This document shows, one piece after another, positions 1-10,895 of a stretch of 64,000 nt of DNA. Each line of letters opens with the position of its first letter. The first letter of the stretch is position 1. Source of the DNA: Trypanosoma brucei. Its lineage: Eukaryota. A program made the position numbers and the translations under genes. The stretch lies in contig CM000207.1 in assembly GCA_000002445.1 (NCBI GenBank), positions 1,408,001-1,472,000 on the forward strand, written 5' to 3'. Below the pieces are notes generated by a model, which saw nothing but the letters and a program-made list of their open reading frames with translations, was not told the DNA's origin and ran no database searches.

Positions 1-209
1 TGCCACAGAGGAAAAGGGAAGGGGGGGGGGAGGGCACTGAAGTTGTTATCATCAATTAGAGCAAAAATCTGTGAACGTAACACAGAGTCGCGGTCAAACA
101 AACAAAAATGATGGTTCGTTCCCCCCTCATTAATGAGAGAAAACGGGAAAAGTCGCTTTTGTATTCCCCTGTGAAGTTGTCGTATCTTAGAGTGCATTCC
201 TACGCCGTT

Positions 210-2069
210 TCACAACACACCCAAGAAAGACAAGGATAAGGATGTGGTTAACATGGTTATTGTGTTTCCCAGAAAGCGATAGCCGTAGCCGGCACAACGC
301 CGCCTCCCGCAGCTGGGTGTGGCAGCAGGCCTGTAGAGTTGCACGAGGAAGGACCTCCAGCACCTTCTCTGGAAAATGTAAGCGATAAAATCGAGAGCCG
401 TAGTAGCGGCGAAGGCACCTGTCAGCGCCTCAAACCTGAAGTGCCGCCACTCGTCCGTGTCGAGCAGATCAGCTCGGCGGCGGAGCACAGATGAGGAGGT
501 AGGAATAATGGCAGCACCCATCGTTTCGTACCACGTTATCCACGCCGCCTGAAAGGGCAATAAAGCCCCCAGCGGTAGCAGGGCAAAACTGCCCCTCATC
601 AACTTACGAAGGGACAACGGCCCCGGAAGTACAGGACCAAAGTGGTGAGCAACTACGGAGTTCAGTAAGGGGGTTGTGGTGATGTGGGCCACAGCATTTG
701 CTAACAGCCACACAATACAGACATAATAGTAGGGATGCCGAGTGTCGAACAAGTGGGTGTGAACAAGTGGTGGCCCAAGTGGCCCCGTATCCGACTGTCG
801 ATACAGTAGGCTCTTCAGTGCAATAGAAGTTGTTATTACCTGTGTCAAGACGCAAAGCATGTCCCGTGCAAAGAAACCCGCTGATAAAGACCATACCGAC
901 CCGCGACGCAGAACCACACCTAGCTGGTACTCTATCCACCTCAATCGCAGTGGTGCAATCACGAGTCCGCATAAGGCAAACAGAGCCCCTACGGATGCGA
1001 TGTTAAGCCCGAGGTCACTGTTGACCACTTTGTTCGTATTGGATTGAATTAGCCACATGTACATGGAATCCACATCAGGGTTATGGGGGTCACCATTGGC
1101 GCTCGTGCTGCGGTACACATCAAAACACCCTTCCACTGTTGGTGTTTTTTTTCGGGTTGCCCTCTTAATTGGAGTCTCGGGTGCATCATTGCCTTTTAAG
1201 GTGAAAACATCACCGAACGCTGTACGAGCGTCTTTGAAGTTAAACCGAGTGTTGTCCAGGAAGTCGAAGGAGCGAAATGATGACGCGGGAGGGAACAGGT
1301 CCACTACCCCACATCTTTGCCACAATTGGATGATCAGCTCCGTGCAAACCACCTCCTCCTCGGCGTTGACACCATCCACGGTAAAGTGACTGCCACCATA
1401 ATCCACTGAGGGAAAACTCTCACCATCGACTCGGTCCAGGTGAGCGAAGTACGTTTCTATCAAGAACTGTGCAGCATCGTGGTAGACCACTTTTATTCTT
1501 AATAGTGCCTCTTTATCGCTCTCGGAAAGCTTACCGGCTAACAGTTTATCAATGTCGCTTGTCTCCCCTTTGAGAAGGTTCAACTTATGAGCTGCTTTGA
1601 TGCGGTCCATTTTGTCCGGTGGACTTAACACCATGGGAGGAAACATCAGAAGGTCCCTTTTGTAGGGTCGACTGTGAAAATCCCGCAGATGGCTCTGCAC
1701 GTACTCTTCAAATTTATGCATGTCACTCCCCATGCTTAGTGGGCGCACGGCTATATGCTTGGACGACGACCTTGCGACACGGTTCTCCAGGGGACGGAGG
1801 GAAAAACCACTGAGATTTGCCTCAGCGACATACGTCCCAGAAGGCGAAGAGGGGTCCTTTGGGTTGATAATACCCCTCTCCCTCCCTCGTTCCACTTCCC
1901 CGTCATTCAACTTTACAACCATTGCGACGTGGTCATATCTGCTCTCGGTTTTCGAAAGAAGGCAAATCGCAATGCCTAGAGGATGCCGCATCTCCCAGCA
2001 GTTGCGGTCCATCAGTAACACATCCCCAGTATGGAGGCTCATAGGGCTCTTCTCCGAGTCCTTTGCCAT
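210..2069 (-). CDS. Hypothetical membrane protein (619 aa) with a possible LRAT/NlpC-P60-like N-terminal domain and a hydrophobic multi-pass C-terminal half
   Basis: Long minus-strand ORF. The N-terminus (GDVLLMDR...YDHVAMVVKLNDGEV...YVAEAN) resembles the His-containing start of H-rev107/LRAT-type permuted papain-fold domains, and a candidate Cys (VCTELIIQLW) lies about 200 residues downstream. The C-terminal roughly 250 residues are strongly hydrophobic. The domain assignment comes from motif memory only. Confidence 0.45.
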   Translation of the reverse strand: MAKDSEKSPMSLHTGDVLLMDRNCWEMRHPLGIAICLLSKTESRYDHVAMVVKLNDGEVERGRERGIINPKDPSSPSGTYVAEANLSGFSLRPLENRVARSSSKHIAVRPLSMGSDMHKFEEYVQSHLRDFHSRPYKRDLLMFPPMVLSPPDKMDRIKAAHKLNLLKGETSDIDKLLAGKLSESDKEALLRIKVVYHDAAQFLIETYFAHLDRVDGESFPSVDYGGSHFTVDGVNAEEEVVCTELIIQLWQRCGVVDLFPPASSFRSFDFLDNTRFNFKDARTAFGDVFTLKGNDAPETPIKRATRKKTPTVEGCFDVYRSTSANGDPHNPDVDSMYMWLIQSNTNKVVNSDLGLNIASVGALFALCGLVIAPLRLRWIEYQLGVVLRRGSVWSLSAGFFARDMLCVLTQVITTSIALKSLLYRQSDTGPLGPPLVHTHLFDTRHPYYYVCIVWLLANAVAHITTTPLLNSVVAHHFGPVLPGPLSLRKLMRGSFALLPLGALLPFQAAWITWYETMGAAIIPTSSSVLRRRADLLDTDEWRHFRFEALTGAFAATTALDFIAYIFQRRCWRSFLVQLYRPAATPSCGRRRCAGYGYRFLGNTITMLTTSLSLSFLGVL

Positions 2070-2435
2070 GGTGAAGCTTACGAGACCTTGCCGTCGATGT
2101 TCGCTCCCTCCTGGAGAACAGAGAGAACTTTAGGGCACGAAAGAGCAAAACGGAGAGGTTGGTGCGTTAGTCAGAAAAGAAAAAACAAAGAGGTTTCCTA
2201 CACTTTCCATTTGCATCGACGTGTTTGCAGGGGGTGGCAGGGTGTTGACTAACATCAGGACGGTAATGAACAGGAATAGGAGCAAGAGAGGGCTCACGCT
2301 GTCTGTAAACAAACACTCTTCCCACTTCGTGAGGAAATTGGTAATATATACAGACGGTAACGTACCCGTGCACATATGTGCACGGGTAAATGAGCTTATA
2401 AGGCATTTGTGAGTGGAAGAATGCCTTACCTCAAC

Positions 2436-3575
2436 TCAAGTTGGGCTCAGCGGCTCGCGTTGTTGCTGCATCGTCATCTTCCAATGATACGACAGGGACA
2501 GATCTTCATGAAGTCTGAGCAAACTTAGCCGCGTCGATTGGTCAACCTGTGGAAATCCCCTTCTTTCATATGAAGATTCGTCGCCTGGGCACGCACAGAA
2601 GTATAATCTGTTCACTGGAACACAACGTGACAGACAAGTAGAGATTATACGCCGAGAAACGGGGTTGTCTGCGCCGCCTACAAGATCCATTTTTGTGACG
2701 GCGACAAACAATGACGCATCATCTTGGAGGGCACGAATAGAGCCGATCATGTCCCTCAGGGACTCAACAACACCCCCCGCGGCCGGTGCTGCAAAGTAGC
2801 GTGACTTCAACTGGAAAACACTTCCCCACCCACCGTCCTCCACCAAGTCGGTTGCGGGTACCACCAGAACAGAATGATGTGGTTTGTTCTCAGGAACTGG
2901 GGAAAGTTTTTCGAGTTCCTCTGCAGTCAGTGCGCCGTCACCTTCAATCCTCGTCTTCCATGGGATGCCAGCGAATAGCTTGCTGAGAAGCAACTGATTT
3001 TCATTCCCATAAAATTTACCCGGAGTGTCAATGCATAAGAACGTCGGTGCCCTTGGGTGATTGGGCAGCGGGTCAACAATGGCAGTACCACAGTATCCAC
3101 ATATCCCCACAGGTGCCGCGGGCCACATTGTATTTCCTGTTACCGCTGCCCGGTAACAGTTGATAAGGGACGACTTCCCCACCTGTGGGCAACCAATGAA
3201 TAATACACGCATCGTGTCGCTTACCACCTCTGTTACGGGCAATTGTCTATATGAGCCTCCGCACTGCGAGCCACCTCTACCGCACATGGAGCCATTGCGC
3301 ATTGGGGAAGTAATCAAGCGACTAGATGGCCTCCGCATAATAGTTCCACTTGCCGCGGCATAACTACCGTTATTGCAAAAGGATGCAAGGTTTGCGGGCT
3401 GTGGTGGTAGTCCATACCCGTAAGTTCCTGTCGTCTCCGTCGAAGCAGTCGGGGTTCCCAAACCCGACTCCGATGACCGGGGGGGCGTTGCAACTAACGA
3501 TTGAGACTCCGAGTCACTATCCGACGCAATAGAAACGGACGGTTTCTGAGCACTCGCCTTTGACCAAAACGCCAT
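2436..3575 (-). CDS. P-loop GTPase-like protein with a Ser-rich N-terminus (379 aa)
   Basis: A G1/Walker A motif GCPQVGKSS and a G3-like motif DTPGKF are present in the right order. The N-terminal roughly 110 aa are Ser/Thr/Gly-rich low complexity. It is a complete ORF on the coding (minus) strand. Confidence 0.55.
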   Translation of the reverse strand: MAFWSKASAQKPSVSIASDSDSESQSLVATPPRSSESGLGTPTASTETTGTYGYGLPPQPANLASFCNNGSYAAASGTIMRRPSSRLITSPMRNGSMCGRGGSQCGGSYRQLPVTEVVSDTMRVLFIGCPQVGKSSLINCYRAAVTGNTMWPAAPVGICGYCGTAIVDPLPNHPRAPTFLCIDTPGKFYGNENQLLLSKLFAGIPWKTRIEGDGALTAEELEKLSPVPENKPHHSVLVVPATDLVEDGGWGSVFQLKSRYFAAPAAGGVVESLRDMIGSIRALQDDASLFVAVTKMDLVGGADNPVSRRIISTCLSRCVPVNRLYFCACPGDESSYERRGFPQVDQSTRLSLLRLHEDLSLSYHWKMTMQQQREPLSPT

Positions 3576-4259
3576 CAGAACAACCTCAACAACAAATTTC
3601 TTTCCCTTTTACCTCCTTATGTCTATATTCTCGCACCGTGGCGAATGGAGTTGAATGTATAGGGCTCCACTGTTGTACTAAGGGGGGCGAGGCAAGTAAA
3701 TGTGTTTAAGAGAAGACAGACGCTGATATTTCTTAACCCCTGACAAGCGGTTGCCGTTGAGAGTAGCTCCCTAAGCTGCCCAAATCAAAACGAAACAACC
3801 CATCTACGTAGACAAATGCGAGTCAGGCTATCCTCATACGATGCCACTTGGAAGCTAATGGAATTAGTTGCATCGGCCAAATAACTTGCCCTCACAACAT
3901 TCACTTTTGCGCAATAAACGAAGGCAAAAAAAAAAAACAACGCCTTTCCAACCCCGTGGAGGGACCCCGAGGTAAAACCACTCATCGCCGGTTCATGATG
4001 CTGAAAAAAAGAGACCGGTCCCAGAAACCCGGCGCTGGAAAGAGTGTTTTTTTTTTGTAGTGGGAGTTGTCCTTTGCTTTTCCAATTAATCTGATGAAAT
4101 AGAGCAGGGACCAATGCACTTGAGTAACAAACCCGCGCAACGCAAGAAGTCTAAGGTGACGTAACACAACAAACGAAAAGCGCTGTTGTGATTGGGCTAA
4201 GAAATGATCTATGTGTGACGTTACCGTAATCTTTACATAATGCTACCGAGAAAAAAATA

Positions 4260-4264
<5 letters not shown>

Positions 4265-4300
<36 letters not shown>

Positions 4301-4306
4301 GTATAT
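4265..4306. repeat. (AT)21 microsatellite
   Basis: Direct reading gives atatat...(x21), in the intergenic region between the GTPase-like gene and the 343-aa gene. Confidence 0.95.
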
Positions 4307-4601
4307 ATACAAGGAGAGGTTCGTAAGCCATGCAAAACATCATAAAGGAGAAACAATACGTTACAAAACTGAAGGACGGGCGAAAGCTGAGGTAAATGTT
4401 TCAAACACGTGCAGAGACGACTTCAACGCTTCTATTCCTTTACGCTCATCCTACTTCTTTTGTCCTTGTCCTTACATAGTTGTCGTGTAAGCGATCATGC
4501 GCGATTTACTTTACTGCTTCCAAATCGTTCAAATGGGTTGGGTTTACATGGGCACAGAGTTTTATATTCCTCCAACCGACAGGCACATCAAAGCAGTAAC
4601 T

Positions 4602-5633
4602 TCAAGCCGTTGGAGGTTGATCTTCCTCCTTCCCGGCCTCGGCTTTGGACTTGTCACACGCACTGGATGATGAGAAAAAGGAACTTTTATCTGCATCGTC
4701 ACTCTCAAGCACAAACGAGCCATACCCGCTAAGAGAGTCTAGCAAAAGGGCGTCCGGTGGAATACGACTCTCTGGTCGTCCACCTGGAACAACATACACG
4801 TCACAGTCGTAATAATCGAAGTATAACTGCTTGAGACGGTTGATTTCCCCCTCGTCGAGGAGGTCCTGGTGAGAGGCTGTGGTTTTCGAGAGGGAGTGCT
4901 CTAAATCACTTTCACCACCTTTCGCCTGCCACGACTGCGTGGATGGACTGGTGCACTGAAATCTCTCCAGCGTGTTCTGCCGGCGACAGAAACGGGAAAC
5001 AACATGCATTCGCGACTCCAAGGCCCGAACGTAACTTTGGATCGTTACAACAAGAGTTTGAGCAACCACTGCACACTGAGCCAATGCTAACTCTGACGTC
5101 ATTTTGCGACGCCCCGGCATCGGTTTATTCGCTTGAGTAACTGAGGCCAAGTAAGTACTTATTACAGTACGAAATGCTTGCGTCTTGGCGACATTAGTGC
5201 GCGCGAGTTCTTCCTTCAATTGTCGCTCATGGGCTACACAGTCCTTCAGTACAGAGAGAGCACAAACAGCGTTAAAGCTCCCGTTTTCCACTAACACAGC
5301 GTTTCCAGATATTTCAATAGGGGTCGATTGGGTATCTGGTTGCACATTCAACTTTGACAATGCCTTTGCCTTGTTTAACTTTACTACCTTCGCTTCATGC
5401 AGAGCCCTTACTCGACTACGCCTCCGCTCCTCATCTTGATCACTCTCACCTTCCAAGCCATCAGCATGCGACACTTTGGCTGGTTTTGCGGCGTGCGTGG
5501 TGAACTTCTGCGGTGCTGGGCGAAACCAGCGACGTTCCCCCTTGATAGGCGTCGCACTCCCATGCTTACCACCTGATGGTACAAGATCGCTAAACTTCAC
5601 TTCACGCGGCTGTAGCGCCGGCCTATTGTCCAT
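4602..5633 (-). CDS. Hypothetical protein (343 aa), charged, with coiled-coil-like regions
   Basis: The ORF is uninterrupted on the same strand as all other genes. There are no recognisable motifs. The composition is Lys/Glu/Arg-rich. Confidence 0.4.
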   Translation of the reverse strand: MDNRPALQPREVKFSDLVPSGGKHGSATPIKGERRWFRPAPQKFTTHAAKPAKVSHADGLEGESDQDEERRRSRVRALHEAKVVKLNKAKALSKLNVQPDTQSTPIEISGNAVLVENGSFNAVCALSVLKDCVAHERQLKEELARTNVAKTQAFRTVISTYLASVTQANKPMPGRRKMTSELALAQCAVVAQTLVVTIQSYVRALESRMHVVSRFCRRQNTLERFQCTSPSTQSWQAKGGESDLEHSLSKTTASHQDLLDEGEINRLKQLYFDYYDCDVYVVPGGRPESRIPPDALLLDSLSGYGSFVLESDDADKSSFFSSSSACDKSKAEAGKEEDQPPTA

Positions 5634-5948
5634 ACTAGTGAATACTGTCAGTGGGTAGTAGATTGAGAGCGAAGGAGGGGGTCGTTTGAGAGAACAACAC
5701 CTGCATGTGTATGCATACGTATAGGCACCTGGTTACGCATAAACTTGTGTCGAAAGGCGTCCCCCTTTCTCACCAAGAAAAAAAGAGAACTAAACGCAAC
5801 AAAGGGGTATATATAAATGTGCGCAAACAATGCACAGGCTCACGCACGAATAAGCGAAAGTCAGGTGGAATATGCGGAGCAAGATATGTATGCGTGCTGT
5901 GCACGTACGGGAAGAAGGGAAGCGGACCGAACGCCATGTGTCCCCTGT

Positions 5949-8069
5949 CTAAAACAGTTTCGATAGCAACTCAGACCACTGTTCAGGTGTTCGCACCATC
6001 CATTTCATCGGTCGGTCTGACCATGCTCGTCCCTTTAGCCCTTGCTCAAACGTCCTGAAGCCATTTTTTACAGCCGTCATGGAAATTTCAATGAGATTCT
6101 TTCGCTGTGAGGCACCGAGAACTGTGAAACAGCGGCAGGCGGCAACTCTGCCCATCAGGTTGTTTGCCACAGTCCTGTACCAGTGTTTCACCGCAGCTCG
6201 TTGAGGTTTACTGAGTTCATCATCTGTTGAAGCGATGTTCGCTAGTTTATTGCTTGAGGATACGGATGGGAAGCACTCAGACCACCAGGTGGAGAAATCT
6301 TTTAAATATCGATCTTTGGCGCTTTCAAGCCTGTTAATAATACCAATTACAATAGGTGGTGGAGCCGGTATACTGTTCCTCCCTTTGTCTCCATCAAGCG
6401 GGGGGTTACTACTGTAATACCTTCGCTGCTGGAAGCACAACTCCTTGCGGTACCCCTCTGAAAGTAGCAATATATTGTTCAACATGAATATGGGTGGAGA
6501 CATGCACTGCTTTTGATTCAGTGAAGCATTTGGTTGGTCCGAAAATGAGGAGCTATCGCCCCGCCGTACTCCGCCAGATTTTTCCTCTAGCAAATCCATT
6601 GCGGCTTCAGCAATGACCTCCAGATCACGTATGGTGCCGAGCACACCATCGACCATATAAGAACCCAAAGTCTCTAACGCCTCTGCCTCGGAGAAACTAC
6701 TCAACCTCGGATCGTGTAACACCACTTTTATGGCACCGTAGTAATTAGTAAGCAGCATCTTATGCATGTATATCTGATTTGTGGCCGATACGTGAGCCGA
6801 ACAATCTGGTGAGGGAATCCATTCCATGCGATGCAGTCGGTGAGTATAGTTCTTTAGTGAAGCAGCGCTCAAACTGCCTTTACTTTTGTTATATTTTTCC
6901 ACCAAATTCCTTAATCTCGCAATAAAAACACTCACCCCCTCGTCCACTCTGTCAACACACTTGTACCTGCTACCTGGCAGTTTTTCAGCAAAGCCTTTCC
7001 ACTTCCACAACCCTTCCAACAGGTCCAGTCCAATGAGAATCATATTGGTGACGCTCTGCTCCTCCCCCCAGAACCCGACGCCTTCACCGCGCGACAAAAC
7101 AAATGCAGAATTTAGATCTGAAAGGGCCTCGTGATCAGCCTTCACAACATCTAAGCAGCTTTCTATCACCCGATTGAACACCCGTATGGTTAGGTCCGCG
7201 GGCAGCTCCACGACATCAAAGGAGTTGTCCAAAGGCTCCAATACGCATGTTTTCAGACACTCGACGGCTTCGGTAAGCACTGAGAGAGCCTTCGCAGACG
7301 CCGAAAGCAAGTAATGTTTTCCCTTCTTATAGCGTTTGTGTACTGGCGCGAATCCACATGTCGTGGCAATGGCCCGGTAATGTTGCAGTTCTTCCTTTTC
7401 TTTGGAGTTGTCAAGCTGAGCTTCCACCAGTCGGCTTATGTTTTCTTCTAAAATACGCCTAACGTCCTGGGTGATAACCTTAGTCCTGTTGAAGTTTTCT
7501 CCTAGCTTGTGTATGACGCGGTCTACGCCATGTAGTGCCTCAGGGTGATGAAAGAGCACGGAAAATGCCGATAATGAAGACACTGTCAACCTTGTCCTAA
7601 ACTCTAAGCTTTCATCCCGCTCACCTGCCGGCTTTTTTTGCATAGACGTCACGAAAGCGTCGATCACCGCCTCTTCTGACAGCTTTATCACACTATTCAA
7701 ACTTCCCTTAATGCTTGACTCAATATTGCTACCGAACCCACTAGACGGCTGAGACTCGATGTAGTCGTTAGTGAACACGAGATAATCGATACACTTGCAC
7801 AGCATCTCAGGGCTCTTCTCCTTGCCGGCTAACACCAGTCGTAGGACAGGTGGTGGGTGGTAGCACCGCGCAGCCCTTGAGGTTTCCTCTATCATGAAGG
7901 CAATGTTTTCCTGCGCGACTTCCCATGGTTGGACATCCGCTACGATACGGTGGGCGCGTTGAGCAACCGCACGGGAGGTATTTGCGAAATCATCAAGTAT
8001 TTTGGCACTTGACTCCTGCAGGGAAGACAAGACGTCAACTTGTTTTTCTAAAGCGGATATAGTCGTCAT
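5949..8069 (-). CDS. Exo70-like exocyst subunit candidate (706 aa)
   Basis: The size and N-terminal coiled coil (ALEKQVDVLSSLQESSAKILDDF) fit Exo70. The C-terminal tail ...RTPEQWSELLSKLF resembles the conserved Exo70 C-terminal signature (Y.pE.l..ml.eLF). The rest appears to be all-helical rod-like sequence. This is a motif-level resemblance only. Confidence 0.4.
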   Translation of the reverse strand: MTTISALEKQVDVLSSLQESSAKILDDFANTSRAVAQRAHRIVADVQPWEVAQENIAFMIEETSRAARCYHPPPVLRLVLAGKEKSPEMLCKCIDYLVFTNDYIESQPSSGFGSNIESSIKGSLNSVIKLSEEAVIDAFVTSMQKKPAGERDESLEFRTRLTVSSLSAFSVLFHHPEALHGVDRVIHKLGENFNRTKVITQDVRRILEENISRLVEAQLDNSKEKEELQHYRAIATTCGFAPVHKRYKKGKHYLLSASAKALSVLTEAVECLKTCVLEPLDNSFDVVELPADLTIRVFNRVIESCLDVVKADHEALSDLNSAFVLSRGEGVGFWGEEQSVTNMILIGLDLLEGLWKWKGFAEKLPGSRYKCVDRVDEGVSVFIARLRNLVEKYNKSKGSLSAASLKNYTHRLHRMEWIPSPDCSAHVSATNQIYMHKMLLTNYYGAIKVVLHDPRLSSFSEAEALETLGSYMVDGVLGTIRDLEVIAEAAMDLLEEKSGGVRRGDSSSFSDQPNASLNQKQCMSPPIFMLNNILLLSEGYRKELCFQQRRYYSSNPPLDGDKGRNSIPAPPPIVIGIINRLESAKDRYLKDFSTWWSECFPSVSSSNKLANIASTDDELSKPQRAAVKHWYRTVANNLMGRVAACRCFTVLGASQRKNLIEISMTAVKNGFRTFEQGLKGRAWSDRPMKWMVRTPEQWSELLSKLF

Positions 8070-8486
8070 ACATCAGAGATGTGACGAGACAGAAAGCCAC
8101 GACTAGCCCCTTTTTATATAAGCGGCTTCCAAAACATGAGAAAAGAATGGGTATTAACCAGAACAGTGGCAACAATGGGGATAGGAAGGTTATGCGGAAC
8201 TGGGAGTATAATATGATGCACAAGCTGCGCGATACAGACAAGCGTGTACGCACACACGCACCAAAGTATAATGTAGGGGGGAGGGTTAAACAAGAGACCA
8301 GACCTCTTTATTTCAGTGTAGGTGCCGCTCCCCAGCAACACGATGCCATTGGTGACGCCCCTGGTGAATGCTACGCCCTTCCTTCTTTGGTAGGAATCGT
8401 ACAACCCAAAGAACACACGTACACACATTCCCCTTCAACTTAACGACGGTGAACTGAGCGGTCATAACGGTATACGTCGGGTTGTT

Positions 8487-9899
8487 CTATGACGGAAGAT
8501 GCCGGCGAAGAGAAGCTGTGAGTTTTTCTCCAAACGATTCGTCGCTGAAGCGCGCAATCGTGGCCATTCCACACTCCTGAAATTTTCGGTACGTTTCAGG
8601 CTCATCGTTCTTGATGCGAAATATCTCTGCCATACAGTCTGCGTACTCCTCTGCGGTTGCGGCAAGAAACCCAACATTCGGTGAGGTGATAATGTCAAGG
8701 CACACGCCACCGCTCCTGTGGCCTAGCGGAATGCAGCCACATGCAATGTATTCCACAAGCACAATTCCAAAGTGCTCGTCTTCCATTGTGTGCAGCCCAA
8801 TGCAACACTGAGCGAGACTCTCACTGACCTCACTAAAGGGAGCGCCCACCCGCACATCAACACGATCCGCAATGCCAAGCCTTTGGGCTTCAACCTTCAC
8901 CGCCTCTGCCCGCTGTTTGTCTTCTTCATTCCGCGCCCCACCAATCATGATAAGCTTGGCGTCCGTTGGTAACCGAGGAAGCGCCAGTGCAAATGACTGA
9001 AGCTGAAGCATGTGGTTTTTCTCCGGCCTGAACTGTCCAACACTCACAACTGTATTGATTCGCTGATGGGGAAGCTTCCGTAGCGGCATAAAATGACTGA
9101 CGGCACAAGGAGGGTATACAAGCACTGGCACGTCATGGCCCCAAAGCTGCTGTATATGCCCCTTAGTCCATGTAGAGTTTGTCATTACTAGATCAGGGAA
9201 TTTCCCCATCCACCTGTAAATGTGCGCAAAAAGCTTGTAGTACAAAACCTTAGCCTTACGGAGCACACCGTGTCGCGCCACCGCACCCTTGTTGTTGTAG
9301 CGCATTTCACCGTTTTCCACCCGCTGCGTCATAACAGGCGTTATAATGGGGTAATGTGTGTACGCTACGATGCGGGACCCTGCGAATATGGAGAGGAGTG
9401 GATACACGCCGGGGATCCCGACGCTCTCAATCACAGTGGGAGTCATCGTATTGACAACACACGATTCATAAAAGAGTAAAATACTTCCACATACCACCTG
9501 CAGAAGCAACGTCAAGAACGGGTACCTTCCACCATCGAGCCACTTCGTCATGCTGGAGCGCAGGTGCACCACTTTTATGGGTCGCGGTAAGGTGATGTGA
9601 AACTGTTTCTGAACCACTCGAGCAAGATACTCCTGCGGCGGTTCGCACCTACCATCGTCGCTCTTCCCGCTGGTCTGAGTGCAGTAAAGCACGTAGAGTC
9701 TATCAATACCATTCTTTATATCGTCTTTCTGAATAGAATCGATTGCAACCCATAAAACACGCTCACCTCCTCCACCTGCAGCGGCAGACGGGTGTAAGAA
9801 GCCAACAGCGTTCCGTGGGTAGAGCGAAAGTCCACGTCGTGCAAATATTGCCAGTGCCGCCAGGAGGCATAGAACTAATAACGGTGCGGTGAGTAACAT
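8487..9899 (-). CDS. ALG11: ALG11-type GT4 glycosyltransferase (GDP-Man:Man3GlcNAc2-PP-Dol alpha-1,2-mannosyltransferase), 470 aa
   Basis: It has an N-terminal signal-anchor, the ALG11 hallmark SVGQFRPEKNH and the GT4 catalytic EX7E region (EDEHFGIVLVEYIACGCIPLGHRSGG). Confidence 0.75.
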   Translation of the reverse strand: MLLTAPLLVLCLLAALAIFARRGLSLYPRNAVGFLHPSAAAGGGGERVLWVAIDSIQKDDIKNGIDRLYVLYCTQTSGKSDDGRCEPPQEYLARVVQKQFHITLPRPIKVVHLRSSMTKWLDGGRYPFLTLLLQVVCGSILLFYESCVVNTMTPTVIESVGIPGVYPLLSIFAGSRIVAYTHYPIITPVMTQRVENGEMRYNNKGAVARHGVLRKAKVLYYKLFAHIYRWMGKFPDLVMTNSTWTKGHIQQLWGHDVPVLVYPPCAVSHFMPLRKLPHQRINTVVSVGQFRPEKNHMLQLQSFALALPRLPTDAKLIMIGGARNEEDKQRAEAVKVEAQRLGIADRVDVRVGAPFSEVSESLAQCCIGLHTMEDEHFGIVLVEYIACGCIPLGHRSGGVCLDIITSPNVGFLAATAEEYADCMAEIFRIKNDEPETYRKFQECGMATIARFSDESFGEKLTASLRRHLPS

Positions 9900-10281
9900 C
9901 GCAGTCCTGCGTCAGCGGCTATTAGTGAAAGGTTGTACTAGCTTGGTAGTATGCGCAGATTGCACGTAGTGATGAGGAAGGAGAGCAGGCGCACACGGCA
10001 TTTGATAATAATATAATAACAGAAAGGGAAGAAACATGACGACCCCAGAACTTGGAATGCCCATGGCAGGAGCAGCTAACGTGGTTGCACACTGCCGACA
10101 GAAGAACGAAAGAGGCAGCACCTCAGGGAAACAAAGAGAAAAAGTGAAACAACAAACAGATAAATAAACGTCGCATCAGAAAGCCATAATGCTGATTTAC
10201 CATTGACCAGCTATCACATAGAAAAGCGAACCACCAGGAGGCTACATAACCCGCTTTCAGATCGCATAATCTTTTCTTCAA

Positions 10282-10536
10282 CTACGCCTTGATGTCGGTC
10301 TTGAAGTGGTTCCTAATCCTGCGGTGGACAACCTTCAAGTAGCGACAGCGGCCTGTGCCAGTGCGGCGTCGCTTGATGGCCTTCACTGACCAGTTGTAGC
10401 GCCGGCGCTGAGCACGCGGGTAGGCGCAAGCAGCACACCGCTCCCACTGCACGTGGTAAGCGTTGCGGCCACAGCGGCGGCAAAGGATGTGCGTGCGCCC
10501 ATGGCGCTGCCCCATCGATGTGGTACCTTTGGTCAT
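10282..10536 (-). CDS. RPL37: 60S ribosomal protein L37 (eL37), 84 aa
   Basis: MTKGTTSMGQRHGRTHILCRRCGRNAYHVQWERCAACAYP... is the canonical eL37 C4 zinc-ribbon (CRRCG...CAAC) together with the eL37 N-terminal signature. Confidence 0.9.
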   Translation of the reverse strand: MTKGTTSMGQRHGRTHILCRRCGRNAYHVQWERCAACAYPRAQRRRYNWSVKAIKRRRTGTGRCRYLKVVHRRIRNHFKTDIKA

Positions 10537-10895
10537 CTCCGCTAGCGATCAGCAAGGGCCCTTTTTCAGTTGGCGGTTTGAAAAGCGTAATTGGTTATTT
10601 TCAAATAAAAGGAAAGTGAAAGGGGAGGCAGGTGCGCGAAGAAATGAGCAAGCGGAGGAAAACGAGGCACAGGTGGGTACAAGTCTAGCAGTCGTGCGGG
10701 GCATATGCGTACACATATCCCTGTACTATATACTGTTAAACGCTTGTGAAGCTGTCGAGGCTCCACCACACAGTCCGAACATGAATACGCACTCCAAAAA
10801 AAAAGGGTGTGAAGGAACTTCGAGTGCGAGCGGTAACACGTACCACCCTCAACAGAATGCGTCCCCTAATACCATGGGACAGGGAAGAGCCCCAG

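Noticed and set aside
4096-4240. Another C-box-like CTGATGA with downstream TGTGTGACG in the 3576-4601 intergenic region
   Set aside because: Neither the C box nor the D box is canonical, there is no terminal pairing, and it is on the plus strand.
10313-10555. 80-aa ORF overlapping RPL37 in another frame
   Set aside because: The eL37 frame is unambiguous, so the alternative frame is a chance ORF in GC-rich coding sequence.
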